In this document: piece after piece, positions 12,590-22,410 of the stretch
How positions within the stretch are numbered: position 1 is the first letter of the stretch
How the letters are laid out: each line of letters opens with the position of its first letter
Program-made: the position numbers and the translations under genes
Assembly: GCF_963921235.1 (NCBI RefSeq)
Contig: NC_086097.1
Coordinates: forward strand, 4,092,001-4,156,000
Reading direction: 5' to 3'
Origin: Mobula hypostoma
Lineage: Eukaryota
Length of the DNA stretch: 64,000 nucleotides
Notes under the pieces: generated by a model
What the model was told of the DNA's origin: nothing
The model's database searches: none
What the model saw: the letters and a program-made list of their open reading frames with translations, nothing else

Positions 12590-13467
12590 ATAGATTCATA
12601 GTACTGCAGTGCAGAAGCTCTTTGATGCATCTAGTCTGTGCCAAACCATTAATCTATTACCATCAACATTCACATGGTCAATAGCCCTCCATACCTCTTC
12701 CATCCATATACTTATCTAAATTTCTCTTAAAGGTTGAAATTGACCCTGCATCAATCACTTGTGCTGCAACTCATTCTGCACTCTCACCACCCTCTGAGTG
12801 AAGAAGTTCCTACTCATGTTCCTCTTATACATTTCACCTTTCACCCTTATCCCATGACCTCTTGTTTTAGTCTCGCCAAACTTAGTGGAAAGAGCCTGCT
12901 TGTATTTACCTTTCCTACACCCCTCATAATTCTGTATAACTCTTTCAGATCTCCTCTCAATCCCCTATAATCTAGGGAATAAAATCCTAACCTATTCAGC
13001 CTTTCCCTATAACTCAGGTCCTCAAATCTTGGCAACATCCTTGTACATTTTTTACATTCCATTCTTTCAATCTTATTTACATCTTTTCTAGAGGTAGGTG
13101 ATCAAAACTACACACAGTACTCGAAATTAGGCCTCACCGATGTCTGATACAATTTCAACATAATATCCCAACTCCTGTACTCAGTGCACTGATTTATGAA
13201 GGCCAATGTGCCAAAAGCTTTTCTGATGACCTGTTATGCCATCTGTCTTTGCATATCCCTCTGTCTACCACACTCCTGGTGGCCTACTGCTCACTGTGTA
13301 AGTCTACCCTGGTTGGTCCTCCCAAAGTGCACCACCTCACTCTTGTCTGTATTAAATTCCATCTGCCATTTTTCAGCTAATTTTTCCAGCTGGTCTGCTG
13401 TAAGCTCTGATAATCTTCCTCACTGTCCAATACATCCCGAATCTTGGTGTCATCCTCAAATTTGCTG
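12590..13467 (-). mobile_element. CR1 3' fragment (older family)
   Basis: LSYRERLNRLGFYSL..RGLRGDL motif. Confidence 0.8.
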
Positions 13468-13634
13468 ATAGTTTCGGTAACTTGGCATCAGAGTTGCATT
13501 GAGATGACTCATCACTAGGATAGCAAGCTGTTTACTGTTTCCCTGAGCTGCACACTACATGCATTTTGAATTACATTTTATTAACTTATGTGCTGCATAT
13601 GATATATGTTTGTGGGTGCATCATGGTTTGGAGG

Positions 13635-13637
<3 letters not shown>

Positions 13638-13684
<47 letters not shown>

Positions 13685-13700
13685 TGTTTGTGTGTATGTA
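13638..13700 (+). repeat. (GT)n microsatellite
   Basis: Direct inspection. Confidence 0.95.
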
Positions 13701-13719
13701 TGGTCAGTCACATGAGCAT

Positions 13720-13935
13720 TACACACAATGTGCTGAAGGTGCCCAGCAGGTCAGGTAGCATCTATGGATAGGAATAAGCAGTTGTTGTTTTGTGCTGAGA
13801 CTCTTCATCAGGATCCTCTCCTCTCTTGGCCTGAAATGTCTTCTGTTTATTCTCATCCATAGATGCTGTCTGACCTGCTGAGCTCCTCCAGCATAATACG
13901 TTTATGACTCTGGACGTCCAGCATCTGCAGTACCT
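13720..13935. mobile_element. Old inverted pair of Penelope-type terminal repeats
   Basis: CAGCAGGTCAGGTAGCATCTATGGAT ... ATCCATAGATGCTGTCTGACCTGCTG inverted arms; diverged. Confidence 0.65.
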
Positions 13936-14475
13936 CTTATGTCTAAACTTGAACTTATATCAGGCAGATGATGTCCAGTTTAAGGGACAAGGCAGTCTAT
14001 ATACCTTCTGGAAGGGCAAACTGGAAGAGGAATGCAGTCTAACTGGATTGAGATTTGCTATTGAGAATAAGCCTGATTGGCATCCCAGCAATGTGTTTGC
14101 AGTAAGTCTTTGGGTGTAGTTTTGCTGATAGAAATTAGCTGCTCAGTTTTGAACAAGTTGTATTTCTCAGCATAAGTTTTGGCATGTTTTAGAATTCCTA
14201 TGAAATGTGAAAATGTTAAACTTAGAGCCCATTGTATCACAGGAAAGTTACTGGCATGGTTAGAGCATTGGCTGATTGGTAGGAGGCAGCGAGTGGGAAT
14301 AAAAGGATCCTTTTCTGGTTGGCTGCCAGTGACTGGTGGTGTTCCGCAGGGGTTGGTGTTGTGACTTAGATGTTGGAAGCCAAGTTTGCAGATGATATGA
14401 AGATTGGTGGAGGGGCAGGTAGTGCTGAGGAAACAAGTAGGCTGCAGAAGGACTTAGATTAGGAAAATGGGCAAG

Positions 14476-17400
14476 ATCCAGTTGCTGTGGTCCATGTGGG
14501 TCCCAACAATATAGGTAAAATGAGGAAAGAGATTCTGCTGAGGAAGTTTGAGCAGTTAGGGACTACATTAAAAAGGAGAACCAAAAAGGTGGTAATCTCT
14601 GGATTACTACTTTAGCCATGTGCAAATTGGTATTGGGTCAGGAAGCTTAGAGAGTTAAATGCGTGACTCAAGGATTGGTGTGGGAGAAGTGGGTTTGACT
14701 TCATGGGAAAATTAGCACCAGTATTGGGGAAGGGGGGAGCAGTACCAATGGGACGGGCTCCACCTGAACTGTGATGGGATCTGGATCCTACAAAATCACA
14801 TAATTAGGGCTGTGGACAAGGCTTTAAACTAAATAGTCGGGGGGTGATTTCAACAGATTGGAGAAATAAAGTAAAAAAGAAAAGTGTGGATAAAGATAAA
14901 GAAAAAGCAAAAGGTAAAAAAAGAGAAAAGTAAGAGTGGGGTGAAGAAAAGTTAAGTGCAAAAGAGTAAAAGCTTACAAGATTTTAAAAGCACAATGAGT
15001 GTAAATGCACTTTATTTGAATGCCTGTAGTATTCAAAACAAACTCAGTGAACTTGTGGGCACATATCAGTACAATGGGGTATGATTTAGTGGCCATTACA
15101 GAGATGTGGTTGCAGGGTGGGGAAGACTGGGAAGTAAATATCCAAGGATATCAGGTAATATGGAAGGATAGGCAGGACGGTAATGGAGGTTGGGTGGTGT
15201 TCTTAATTAAAGATGAAATCAGGGTGATGATGAGAGATGATATAGGATCTAAGGAGCAGAATATTGAATCCATCTGGGTAGAGATTAGGAATAGTAAAGG
15301 GAAAAAATCACTGTGGGAGTTGTTTGTAACATTACAGTGCCACAGGAAATAAACAAAGAAATATCTGAGGCACGTAAGAATGGAACAGCAGTTATCATGG
15401 GGGACTTTAACTTGCTCATAGCTTGAGAAAATCAAGTTGGTCGAGGTAGTCTTGAGGACTTCATAGAATACATCTGTCATCGCTCTCTCGGACATCATGT
15501 TACTGAACCTACAAGGGAATGTGCTACTTTAGATCTGGTCCTGTGCAACGAGACAGGTAAAATTAGTGATCTTGTAGTTAGGGATCCTCTTGGAAAGAGT
15601 GATCACAGTATGACTGAGTTTCTCATACAAATGAAAGGTGCAACAGTTTGATCTTAAACCAGTGAATTATGCCTAAACAATGGAGACTACAATGGGATGA
15701 GGGAGGATTTGGCTAGTGTAGACTGGGAACACAGACTATATGGTGGAATAGTTGTGGAACAGTGGAAGACTTTCAAAGAGATTTTTCACGGTGCTCAACA
15801 AAAGTTAAAAGCAGTTAAATGCTAGGACAGTGAGGGTGGGGAGAGCCAGCCTTGGATAACTAAGGAAATAAAAGAAGGCATCAAATTAAAAGTTGGTGTG
15901 TTGAAAGTCACCAAGAATAATGGGAAACTGGAAGATTGGGAAAACTTTAAAAAGCGACAAAGAGCCACTAAGCAAGCAATAAAGAAAGGGAAGCTAGATT
16001 ACAAAAATAAACCAGCACAAAATATAGAAACAGATAGTAAAAGTTTTTATAATTATATAAAGCGTAAAAGGGTGGCGAAAGTGAACATAGGTCCTTTGGA
16101 GGATGAGAAGGGATTGATATTAGGTAATGAGGAAATGGCAGAGACTTTGAATGACTTTTTTGTGTTGGTCTTCATGGTGGCAAACGTGTCTAACATGCCA
16201 AAGAGAGATGTTATGGTTGTGATGGGAGATGAGGGCCTCAAGACAATAGCTATCACTAAAGAGTAGTGCTGAGCAAACTTCTGGGCCTGAAGATAGACAA
16301 GTACCCTCATCATGATGGAATGCATCCCAGTGTACTGAATGAAATGGCAGCACTTACAGTAGAGGCTTTGGTGATAATTTACCAAAATCCTCTGGACTCT
16401 GGGCAGGTCCTAGCAGATTGGAAGACAGCGAATGTTATGCCACTGTTCAAAAAAGTAAGCTGGCAGAAGGCAGGCAACTATAAGTTAGTTAGTTTAACAT
16501 CTGTAGTTGGGAAAATGCTTGAAGCTAATTTAAAAAAGAAATAGTGAGGCATCTGGAAAGAAATGGATCCATCAGGTAGACACCTCATAGATTCAGCAAA
16601 GGCAGCTCCTGTTTGACAAACTTACTGGAGTTCTTTGAGGATATAAGAAACACAGTGGATAGAGGGGAACAGATGGACGTTATTTACTTGGATTTCTAGA
16701 AGGTGTTCGATAAGGCGCCACATAAAAAACTTATTCATAAGATAACGATGCATAGAGTTGGGGGGTGATGTATGAGCATGGATAGAGGATTGGTTAACTA
16801 ATAGAAAGCAGAGTTGGGATACATGGGTGTTTCTCTGGTTGGCAGACGGTGGTGAGCGGGGTGCTGCAGGGGTCGGTGCTGGGCCTGCAACTGTTCACGA
16901 TACATGTTAACGATCTGGAAGAGGGGACTGAGTGTAGTGTATCTAAATTTGCCGATGATACTAAATTGAGTGGAAAAGGAAATTGTGCAGAAGATATGGA
17001 GAGCTGGCATAGTGATAAAGATAGGTTCAGTGAGCGGGCAAGGGTCTGACAGATGGAGTACAATGTTGGTGAATGCGAGGTCACCCACTTTGGAAGGAAA
17101 AATGAAAGAGCAGATTACTTAAATGGTAAAATATTGCAGTATGCTGCTGGGCAGAGGGACTTGGGAGTGGTTGTGCATGAATCACACAAGGTTAGTTTGC
17201 AGGTGCAGCAGGCTATCAAGAAGGCAAATGGAATATTGTCCTTCATTGTGAGAGGGATTAAATTTAAGAGCAGGGCTGTTATGCTGCATCTGTAAATGGT
17301 ACTGGTGAGGCTGCACCTGGAGTACTGTGGGCAGTTCCGGTCTCCTTACTTGAGGAAAGATATACTGGTTTTGGAAGCAGTGCGGAGGAGGTTCCCCACA

Positions 17401-17878
17401 TTGGTTCCAAAGATGAGGGGGTTAGACTATGAAGAATGATTGAGTCTCTTGGGACTGTACTTGCTGGAATTCAGAAGAATGAGAGGAGATCTTATAGAAA
17501 CATATAAAATTACAAAAGGGACAGATAAGGTAGAGATAGGAAAGTTGTTTCTACTGGTAGGTGAGACTAGAACTAGAGGACATAGCCTCAAGATTTGGTG
17601 GTGTAGATTTAGGACAGGGATGAGGAGGAACTCCTTTTCCCAGAGAGTGTTGAATCTGTGGAATTCTCTGCCCAATGAAGCAGTGGAGGCTACCTCAGTA
17701 AATATATTTTAAGATAAGGTTAGATATATTTTTACATAGTAGGGGAATTAAGGGTTATGGGGAAATGGCAGGTACGTGGAGGTGGGTCCATGGCCAGATC
17801 AGCCCTGATCTTATTGAATGGTGGAGTAGGCTCTATGGGCCAGATGGCCTACTCCTGCTCCTATTTCTTATGTTCTTA
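14476..17878 (+). mobile_element. CR1 LINE from ORF1 C-terminus to 3' tail, degenerate
   Basis: VHVGPNNIG and DGLHLN esterase motifs, APE (AITEMWL), RT (KFADDTK), CTTATGTTCTTA tail. Confidence 0.9.
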
Positions 17879-17954
17879 AATACAATGTTGGAAAATGCAT
17901 GGTCATGCATTTGGTAGTAGAAATAAATGTGTGGTCTATTTTATAAATGAAGCG

Positions 17955-18152
17955 TGTACCGTATAGCCTACAGTATAATAAGGGACTACTTTATGTTTTA
18001 GTAACACGTCATTGAATGTGCTATTAGGCGCGTATTGATCTATAGGTGTGTGCCGAGTTCAGTTTCTGCCTGTAAAGAACCATGAACCTTAGTTCCCGTC
18101 TCCAGCATTTTTATTAATAGCATTATTGTGTAACCAGGCCACATACACAACA
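17955..18152 (+). repeat. 5' LTR (198 bp)
   Basis: TGTACCGTATAG...CATACACAACA. About 9 substitutions relative to 22188-22410 by manual alignment; lacks one 25-bp internal repeat unit. Confidence 0.95.
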
Positions 18153-18154
18153 AA

Positions 18155-18166
18155 TTGACGATGAGG
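18155..18166 (+). promoter_or_regulatory. Primer-binding site (degenerate)
   Basis: TTGACGATGAGG, 2 nt after the 5' LTR; two transitions from the TGGCGACGAGG PBS typical of Mag-like Gypsy elements. Confidence 0.7.
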
Positions 18167-18534
18167 GTAATGAACCTACATCGTATTGGAACGCCGTGTT
18201 TTAATTCATAATGACACTCGGAAGAAGAGCGCAAGGAACGAGCCAAGGAGTGGGAGAAGGAGGCAGAGCGAGGCCGCGAGTCTGAAAGGAAGCTGGAACA
18301 CAGCCAGGGTTGGGAACATCGGGAAACCAAGAGACACAGTCGGAGCCACAGCACATCCAGCTGAGACCACAGTCGGCGCTGACCCCCAGGGGCTGAAGGT
18401 CTGTCTGCCCCAGAAGGGAGATAAAAAGGAGTGACACACACATCTAGATGGAGTGTGCTCGTGGCGCTAGCAAAAAGGACATGTGAGTCAAAAAGAAAAC
18501 AAGGGGAGAACGGGGCTTAATTAACATAACAAAG

Positions 18535-18940
18535 ATGGCGATGATCGGAACCATTACAGCATTTGATAGTGGCATTGAAGACTGGGCAACTTACGTTGAC
18601 AGAGTGGAGTTATAGTGTGAGGCTAGCAGTGTTAATGATGGAAAGAAAGCCAGTGTCTCACTCAGTATTATGGGAGCAAAAACATAAACTGGCTGCTATG
18701 GAGCTTGTTAACCCCTGAAAAGCCAGTTGACAAAACATTCAAACAAATAGTAGACACTCTCCAACAGAGTTTAAACCCCAAACCACTGGTCATTGCTGAA
18801 AGATTTAAATTTCACAATTGGAATCAGAGCAAAAATGAAAACATTTCTGAATGTTGTGCTGAATTGTGCAAATTATCAGAATATTGTCAATTTGAAGCTG
18901 GTCTATCGGACGCATTGAGGGACAGGTTAGTGTGTGGCAT
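18535..18940 (+). pseudogene. Gypsy gag N-terminal part, disrupted
   Basis: MAMIGTITAFDSGIEDWATYVDRVEL* then ...PKPLVIAERFKFH...LRDRLVCGI, typical Mag-like gag motifs. Has an internal stop and frameshift. Confidence 0.85.
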
Positions 18941-19002
18941 TGTAACGGGGTCCTGAATTACCCCTATGAACTGTGCTTTTGAAAAGAGAGACATGTTGTT
19001 TT

Positions 19003-19039
<37 letters not shown>

Positions 19040-19100
19040 AAGACTAACTTTTGGACTGTCACTTTAAGGCACAAGAATAACTTTTGGATTTCTGCTGAGT

Positions 19101-19137
<37 letters not shown>

Positions 19138-19220
19138 AGAGGGAGCAAGAGAGAGAGAAGGAGAGGGAGCACCGAGCAGCTTGTAATTTGCTATGGTGAT
19201 CGAGGGCGGCGTTATTTGAT
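18941..19220 (+). mobile_element. Truncated LTR-like insertion from a second element, with (GA)n tracts
   Basis: Starts TGTAACGGGG exactly where gag similarity stops; contains (GA)n at ~19005-19036 and ~19082-19147; no matching CA end seen. Confidence 0.5.
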
Positions 19221-19649
19221 GCCCCACCTCCCCCTCGTACCCCATCCGTTATTTATTTATAAACACACATTCTTTTTCTCTCTCTCATTTTTCTCCTTGT
19301 CCCTCTCACTATACCCCTTGCCCATCCTCGGGGTTCCCCCCGCCTTTTCTTTCTCCCTAGGCCTCCTTTCCCATGATCCTCTCATATCCCTTTTGCCAAT
19401 CACCTGTCCAGCTCTTGGCTCCATCCCTCCCTCTCCTGTCTTCTCCCATCATTTCGGATCTCCCCCTCCCCCTCCCACTTTCAAATCTCTTACTAACTCT
19501 TCCGTCAGTTAGTCCTGACGAAGGGTCTTGGCTGAAACGTCGACTGCACCTCTTCCTATAGATGCTGCCTGGCCTGCTGCGTTCACCAGCAACTTTGATG
19601 TGTGTTGCTTGAAATTCCAGCATCTGCAGATTTCCTCGTATTTGCGTTT
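19221..19649 (+). mobile_element. Penelope-like element terminal repeat / 3' UTR with hammerhead motif
   Basis: Reverse-complement match to 28371-28800, beginning at the base after that element's stop codon. Confidence 0.9.
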
Positions 19650-19875
19650 TCTCACATACCTCTGAAACGAACTAAACTACTGCTAAAGGCTTACACAGGA
19701 CAGAAAGTGCATCCCAAAGGTAAAATTAAAGTGACAGTGACCTACGGAGACGAAACACAGCAGCTTAACCTCTATGTACTGAAAAACAGAGGACCACCGT
19801 TGCTGGGACGGGAATGGCTCAGGAAAATCCAGTTGGATTGGCACACCATCAAGGCACTAGATGTGTTAACAAAGG
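19650..19875 (+). pseudogene. Gypsy aspartyl protease C-terminal half
   Basis: [23 protein letters not shown]...[16 protein letters not shown], with the LLGRxWL retropepsin motif. The catalytic DTG half is missing upstream. Confidence 0.85.
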
Positions 19876-19895
19876 AGGGCAGCTTGGCAGGGAAG

Positions 19896-20553
19896 ATGTC
19901 CACAGCTCTTCTCTCACCCATTGTCGACTATTACAACGACGAGGAGGAGCTAGACATCATCGACAATGAGGATGAACGCAGTATCCGTGGCCGTGACTCA
20001 GATGAAGGTATAGAGGATGCAGGTGAGACAGATATTGCCAATAAGCAGGATGATGAAGACTACCTGGAAATAAAAGAGCAGATGTACCAGGAGAAATTGA
20101 CATCTCTCAAAATACAGCTACAGCAGTTACAGGAAGGCACTTTGCAGGAGTATCAGAAAAAGATGAAGAAACTAGATCAACAATACTGTATAAGAAAAGA
20201 ATATGAAATGCAGAGCTTTTTCTGCAACTGAAGACAGAACAAGTGGAAAGGAATTATATTAAACAGAAGAAAGCAGCAGTGAAGGAATTTGAAGATAAAA
20301 AGATTGAGTTAGAAGAAAAGAAAAAGATGATTGAGAATGAGAGGCTAATAATGGAAATCACAGGAGATTCTATGGAGGTAAAGTCAATAACAACTAGGAA
20401 ACTAAGGAGGAGACCTAATGACCCTGTTCCAATTACAGACAAAAGACAAAAACCTGCACCTGCGCAGTTAAATTACTTGTTCACAGATGAACAGATAATG
20501 GAAGACCTGCGAACTGTCAATAAGCTTAAATCTTCGAAAAGACCAACATCTTC
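19896..20553 (+). pseudogene. SUDS3: Processed SUDS3 (Sin3A-HDAC subunit SDS3) retrocopy, 5' part
   Basis: MSTALLSP...KEQMYQEKL...[24 protein letters not shown]...[19 protein letters not shown]...[13 protein letters not shown]...[24 protein letters not shown], matching recalled vertebrate SUDS3 with no introns. Has a ~5-bp insertion frameshift and TGA near 20185-20204, and an 8-codon deletion. Confidence 0.95.
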
Positions 20554-21504
20554 ATTCAAACAGAACAGCTTTCGCACAAGGTAAATCTGGAACCAATTGT
20601 TTCCTCCATTGAGAATTATTCACTTCATCCTTTGCAGGAAAGTTTCTTTTGCACGTACATATTTTGAATCCTCAGCCAATGTGTCTTGTTTTTCACAAAG
20701 AAGTTGGGAAACAGCATCAGAACAGAGGCGAATTCTGGCAACAAACTGTAAGGTTTATATTGTTGTATTTTCACACTTGTGCTGAATGTGCACCTGAAGG
20801 AATTCTCCCTCTTGAGCCAGACAGATAGCACTGCAGGTAATCCTTAATATCAGCAAAACTGTACTTTAACAGCAGCTTAAGAACAATGGAACGAACAACA
20901 GGATTTCGATCAACTGCTTCATCGAATGGTGAATGATTACTGATAAAGTACTGATCTTTCTGTGAGTTATTGGTTTGCCCTGACTTTTGAATAACTAGCA
21001 GAGACAGCAGATCACCAACCACTTCTTTGTTGGTGGCAAGTCATCTTTGAAGCAGACCATGGAAACCGAAGCTATGAAAAATGCGTCACACCTCTTGTGA
21101 AATATGACTAATTTTGCTGCAACTTCACTTATTTCTTCTGTTACTGCTGGTACATAATCATCATCTAGAGCAGTACGGCACAGTGGGCAGAGTTGTTGTC
21201 CTGATTCAAGCCACCGCTTTATACATTTTAAACAGTAAAAATGATCACATGGAAGCAGGATGGGATTGTTGAGTTCTCCTAAGCAAATTGTACATTCTTG
21301 CAGATCATACCTGAAGAACAGACATCCTGCACTATTTTTACAGTCCCTGAGGATCTGAACCACAGCCCGAAAGAGCCCTCAGGATCTCACATCAGAGTTA
21401 CTGTTCAAACTCTTTGCAAGTTGACCAGCGTAGAATACAACCTTGTTCTCCAATTTATCATGGATTTCTTTAACTCCCAAAATGATGTGTTCCACAGAAA
21501 GTGA
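20554..21504 (-). pseudogene. RNF213: Intronless RNF213 (mysterin) cDNA fragment spanning the RING domain
   Basis: LSVEHIILG...NSDVRS; CTICLGELNNPILLPCDHFYCLKC...CPLC (C3HC4 RING); VCFKDDLPP; SPFDEAVDRNPVVRSIVLKLLLKYSF; then, in another frame, LQFVARIRLC...[12 protein letters not shown]. All match recalled RNF213. Several stops and frameshifts. Confidence 0.9.
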
Positions 21505-21910
21505 CAGCATCTCCGTTTTCTCCTGAACATCTTCCCAGCACTCCTGTTGAAACACTAGCTCAAAGATATGAAGCACGAATAGAAGATGGAAAGTTATATT
21601 ATGATAAGAGATGGTATCATAAAGGTCAGGCTATCTATTTAAAATCTAAGGAGAATACAAAGATTGACTGTGTAATTAGCTCAGTTGGAACAAATGAGAT
21701 ATGGGTAAGGAAGACAAGTGATAGCACAAAGATGCGTGTATATCTAGGACAGCTGCACAGAGGAGTCTTCATTACACGGAGGCGATCTGCTGCCTAGAAC
21801 TCTTAGCAAGTTGGAGGCGCACATCTTCTTAACTCCCTATGCTCAGAGGTCAACTTTTCATGACTTTTATATGGAAATCTGTATTAAAACAAACAAGTTT
21901 ATTAACAGTC
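21505..21910 (+). pseudogene. SUDS3: Processed SUDS3 retrocopy, 3' part plus partial 3' UTR
   Basis: [13 protein letters not shown]...[18 protein letters not shown]...[20 protein letters not shown]...RRRSAA* (stop ends 21797), then ~110 nt of putative UTR with ATTAAA at 21883 and no poly(A). Confidence 0.93.
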
Positions 21911-21962
21911 ATTACCCAGAGAGGCCGAGAAGATCCCCCCCCCAAGAGACTTGAGTTATAAA
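21911..21962 (+). pseudogene. Extreme C-terminus of Gypsy integrase
   Basis: YPERPRRSPP(K)RLEL*, resembling the RYPxRxRxPPxRL ending of Gypsy pol; slippage in a C-run. Confidence 0.6.
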
Positions 21963-21991
21963 TGGGTCTTAGACCAAATGTAAAAAAAAGA

Positions 21992-22077
21992 CTTGTTATA
22001 ATTTGATATTATTACATAACTTTGTTATAATTTGGTATTATTACGCTACTTTGTTATAATTTGATATTATTAAGCTA
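21992..22077 (+). repeat. Three ~29-bp tandem repeats in the retrotransposon 3' untranslated region
   Basis: Unit CTTTGTTATAATTTG(A/G)TATTATTA...A seen three times. Confidence 0.85.
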
Positions 22078-22174
22078 TTAAGTAAACAAACAGTAGGCGT
22101 TTGTATGTTAAGGGTAAACATATTTGTTTAGCATAGTGCCCCAATAAAAAAAACAGTTGATACACCATTAAAAT

Positions 22175-22187
22175 AAAAGGGGAGGAG
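22175..22187 (+). promoter_or_regulatory. Polypurine tract
   Basis: AAAAGGGGAGGAG directly abutting the 3' LTR. Confidence 0.9.
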
Positions 22188-22410
22188 TGTACCGTATAGC
22201 CTACAGTATAATAAGGGACTACTTTATGTTTTAGTAACACGTCGTTGAATGCGCTATTAGGCGCATATTGAGCATGCGCTATTAGGCGCGTATTGATCTG
22301 TAGGTGTGTGCCGAGTTCAGTTTCTGCCAGTAAAGAACCATGAACCTTAGCTGCCGTCTCCAGCGTTTTTATTATTAGCATTGTTGTGTAACCAGGCCAC
22401 ATACACAACA
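22188..22410 (+). repeat. 3' LTR (223 bp)
   Basis: Direct copy of the 5' LTR with an extra 25-bp unit GCGCTATTAGGCGCATATTGAGCAT. Confidence 0.95.

Larger units (their letters stand above)
17955..22410 (+). mobile_element. Non-autonomous Gypsy (Ty3/Mag-like) LTR retrotransposon carrying captured host cDNAs
   Basis: Two direct TG...CA LTRs, PBS, PPT, gag and protease remnants, and a short integrase C-terminal remnant. Flanked by AAGCG (17950-17954) and AAGAG (22411-22415). The flanks rejoin into a continuous CR1 sequence. Confidence 0.95.

Noticed and set aside
18040..18443. Overlapping ORFs in the LTR/leader region
   Set aside because: No recognisable domains; this is the purine-rich untranslated leader between PBS and gag.
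19602..20231. 209-aa ORF as a functional gene
   Set aside because: Its start lies in a Penelope repeat, it lacks the protease catalytic motif, and it frameshifts out of SUDS3.
20995..21363. RING ORF as a stand-alone TRIM/RNF gene or as a real RNF213 exon
   Set aside because: Flanking motifs are RNF213-specific, it has stops and frameshifts nearby, lacks splice sites, and lies within a retrocopy inside an LTR element.
19896..21910. Ordinary LINE-generated processed pseudogene
   Set aside because: No poly(A) or TSD is visible and it replaces pol precisely between protease and integrase tail; LTR-mediated capture fits better, though this is not proven.
21992..22077. CRISPR-like array
   Set aside because: Units are adjacent with no spacers, there are no cas genes, and the context is eukaryotic.
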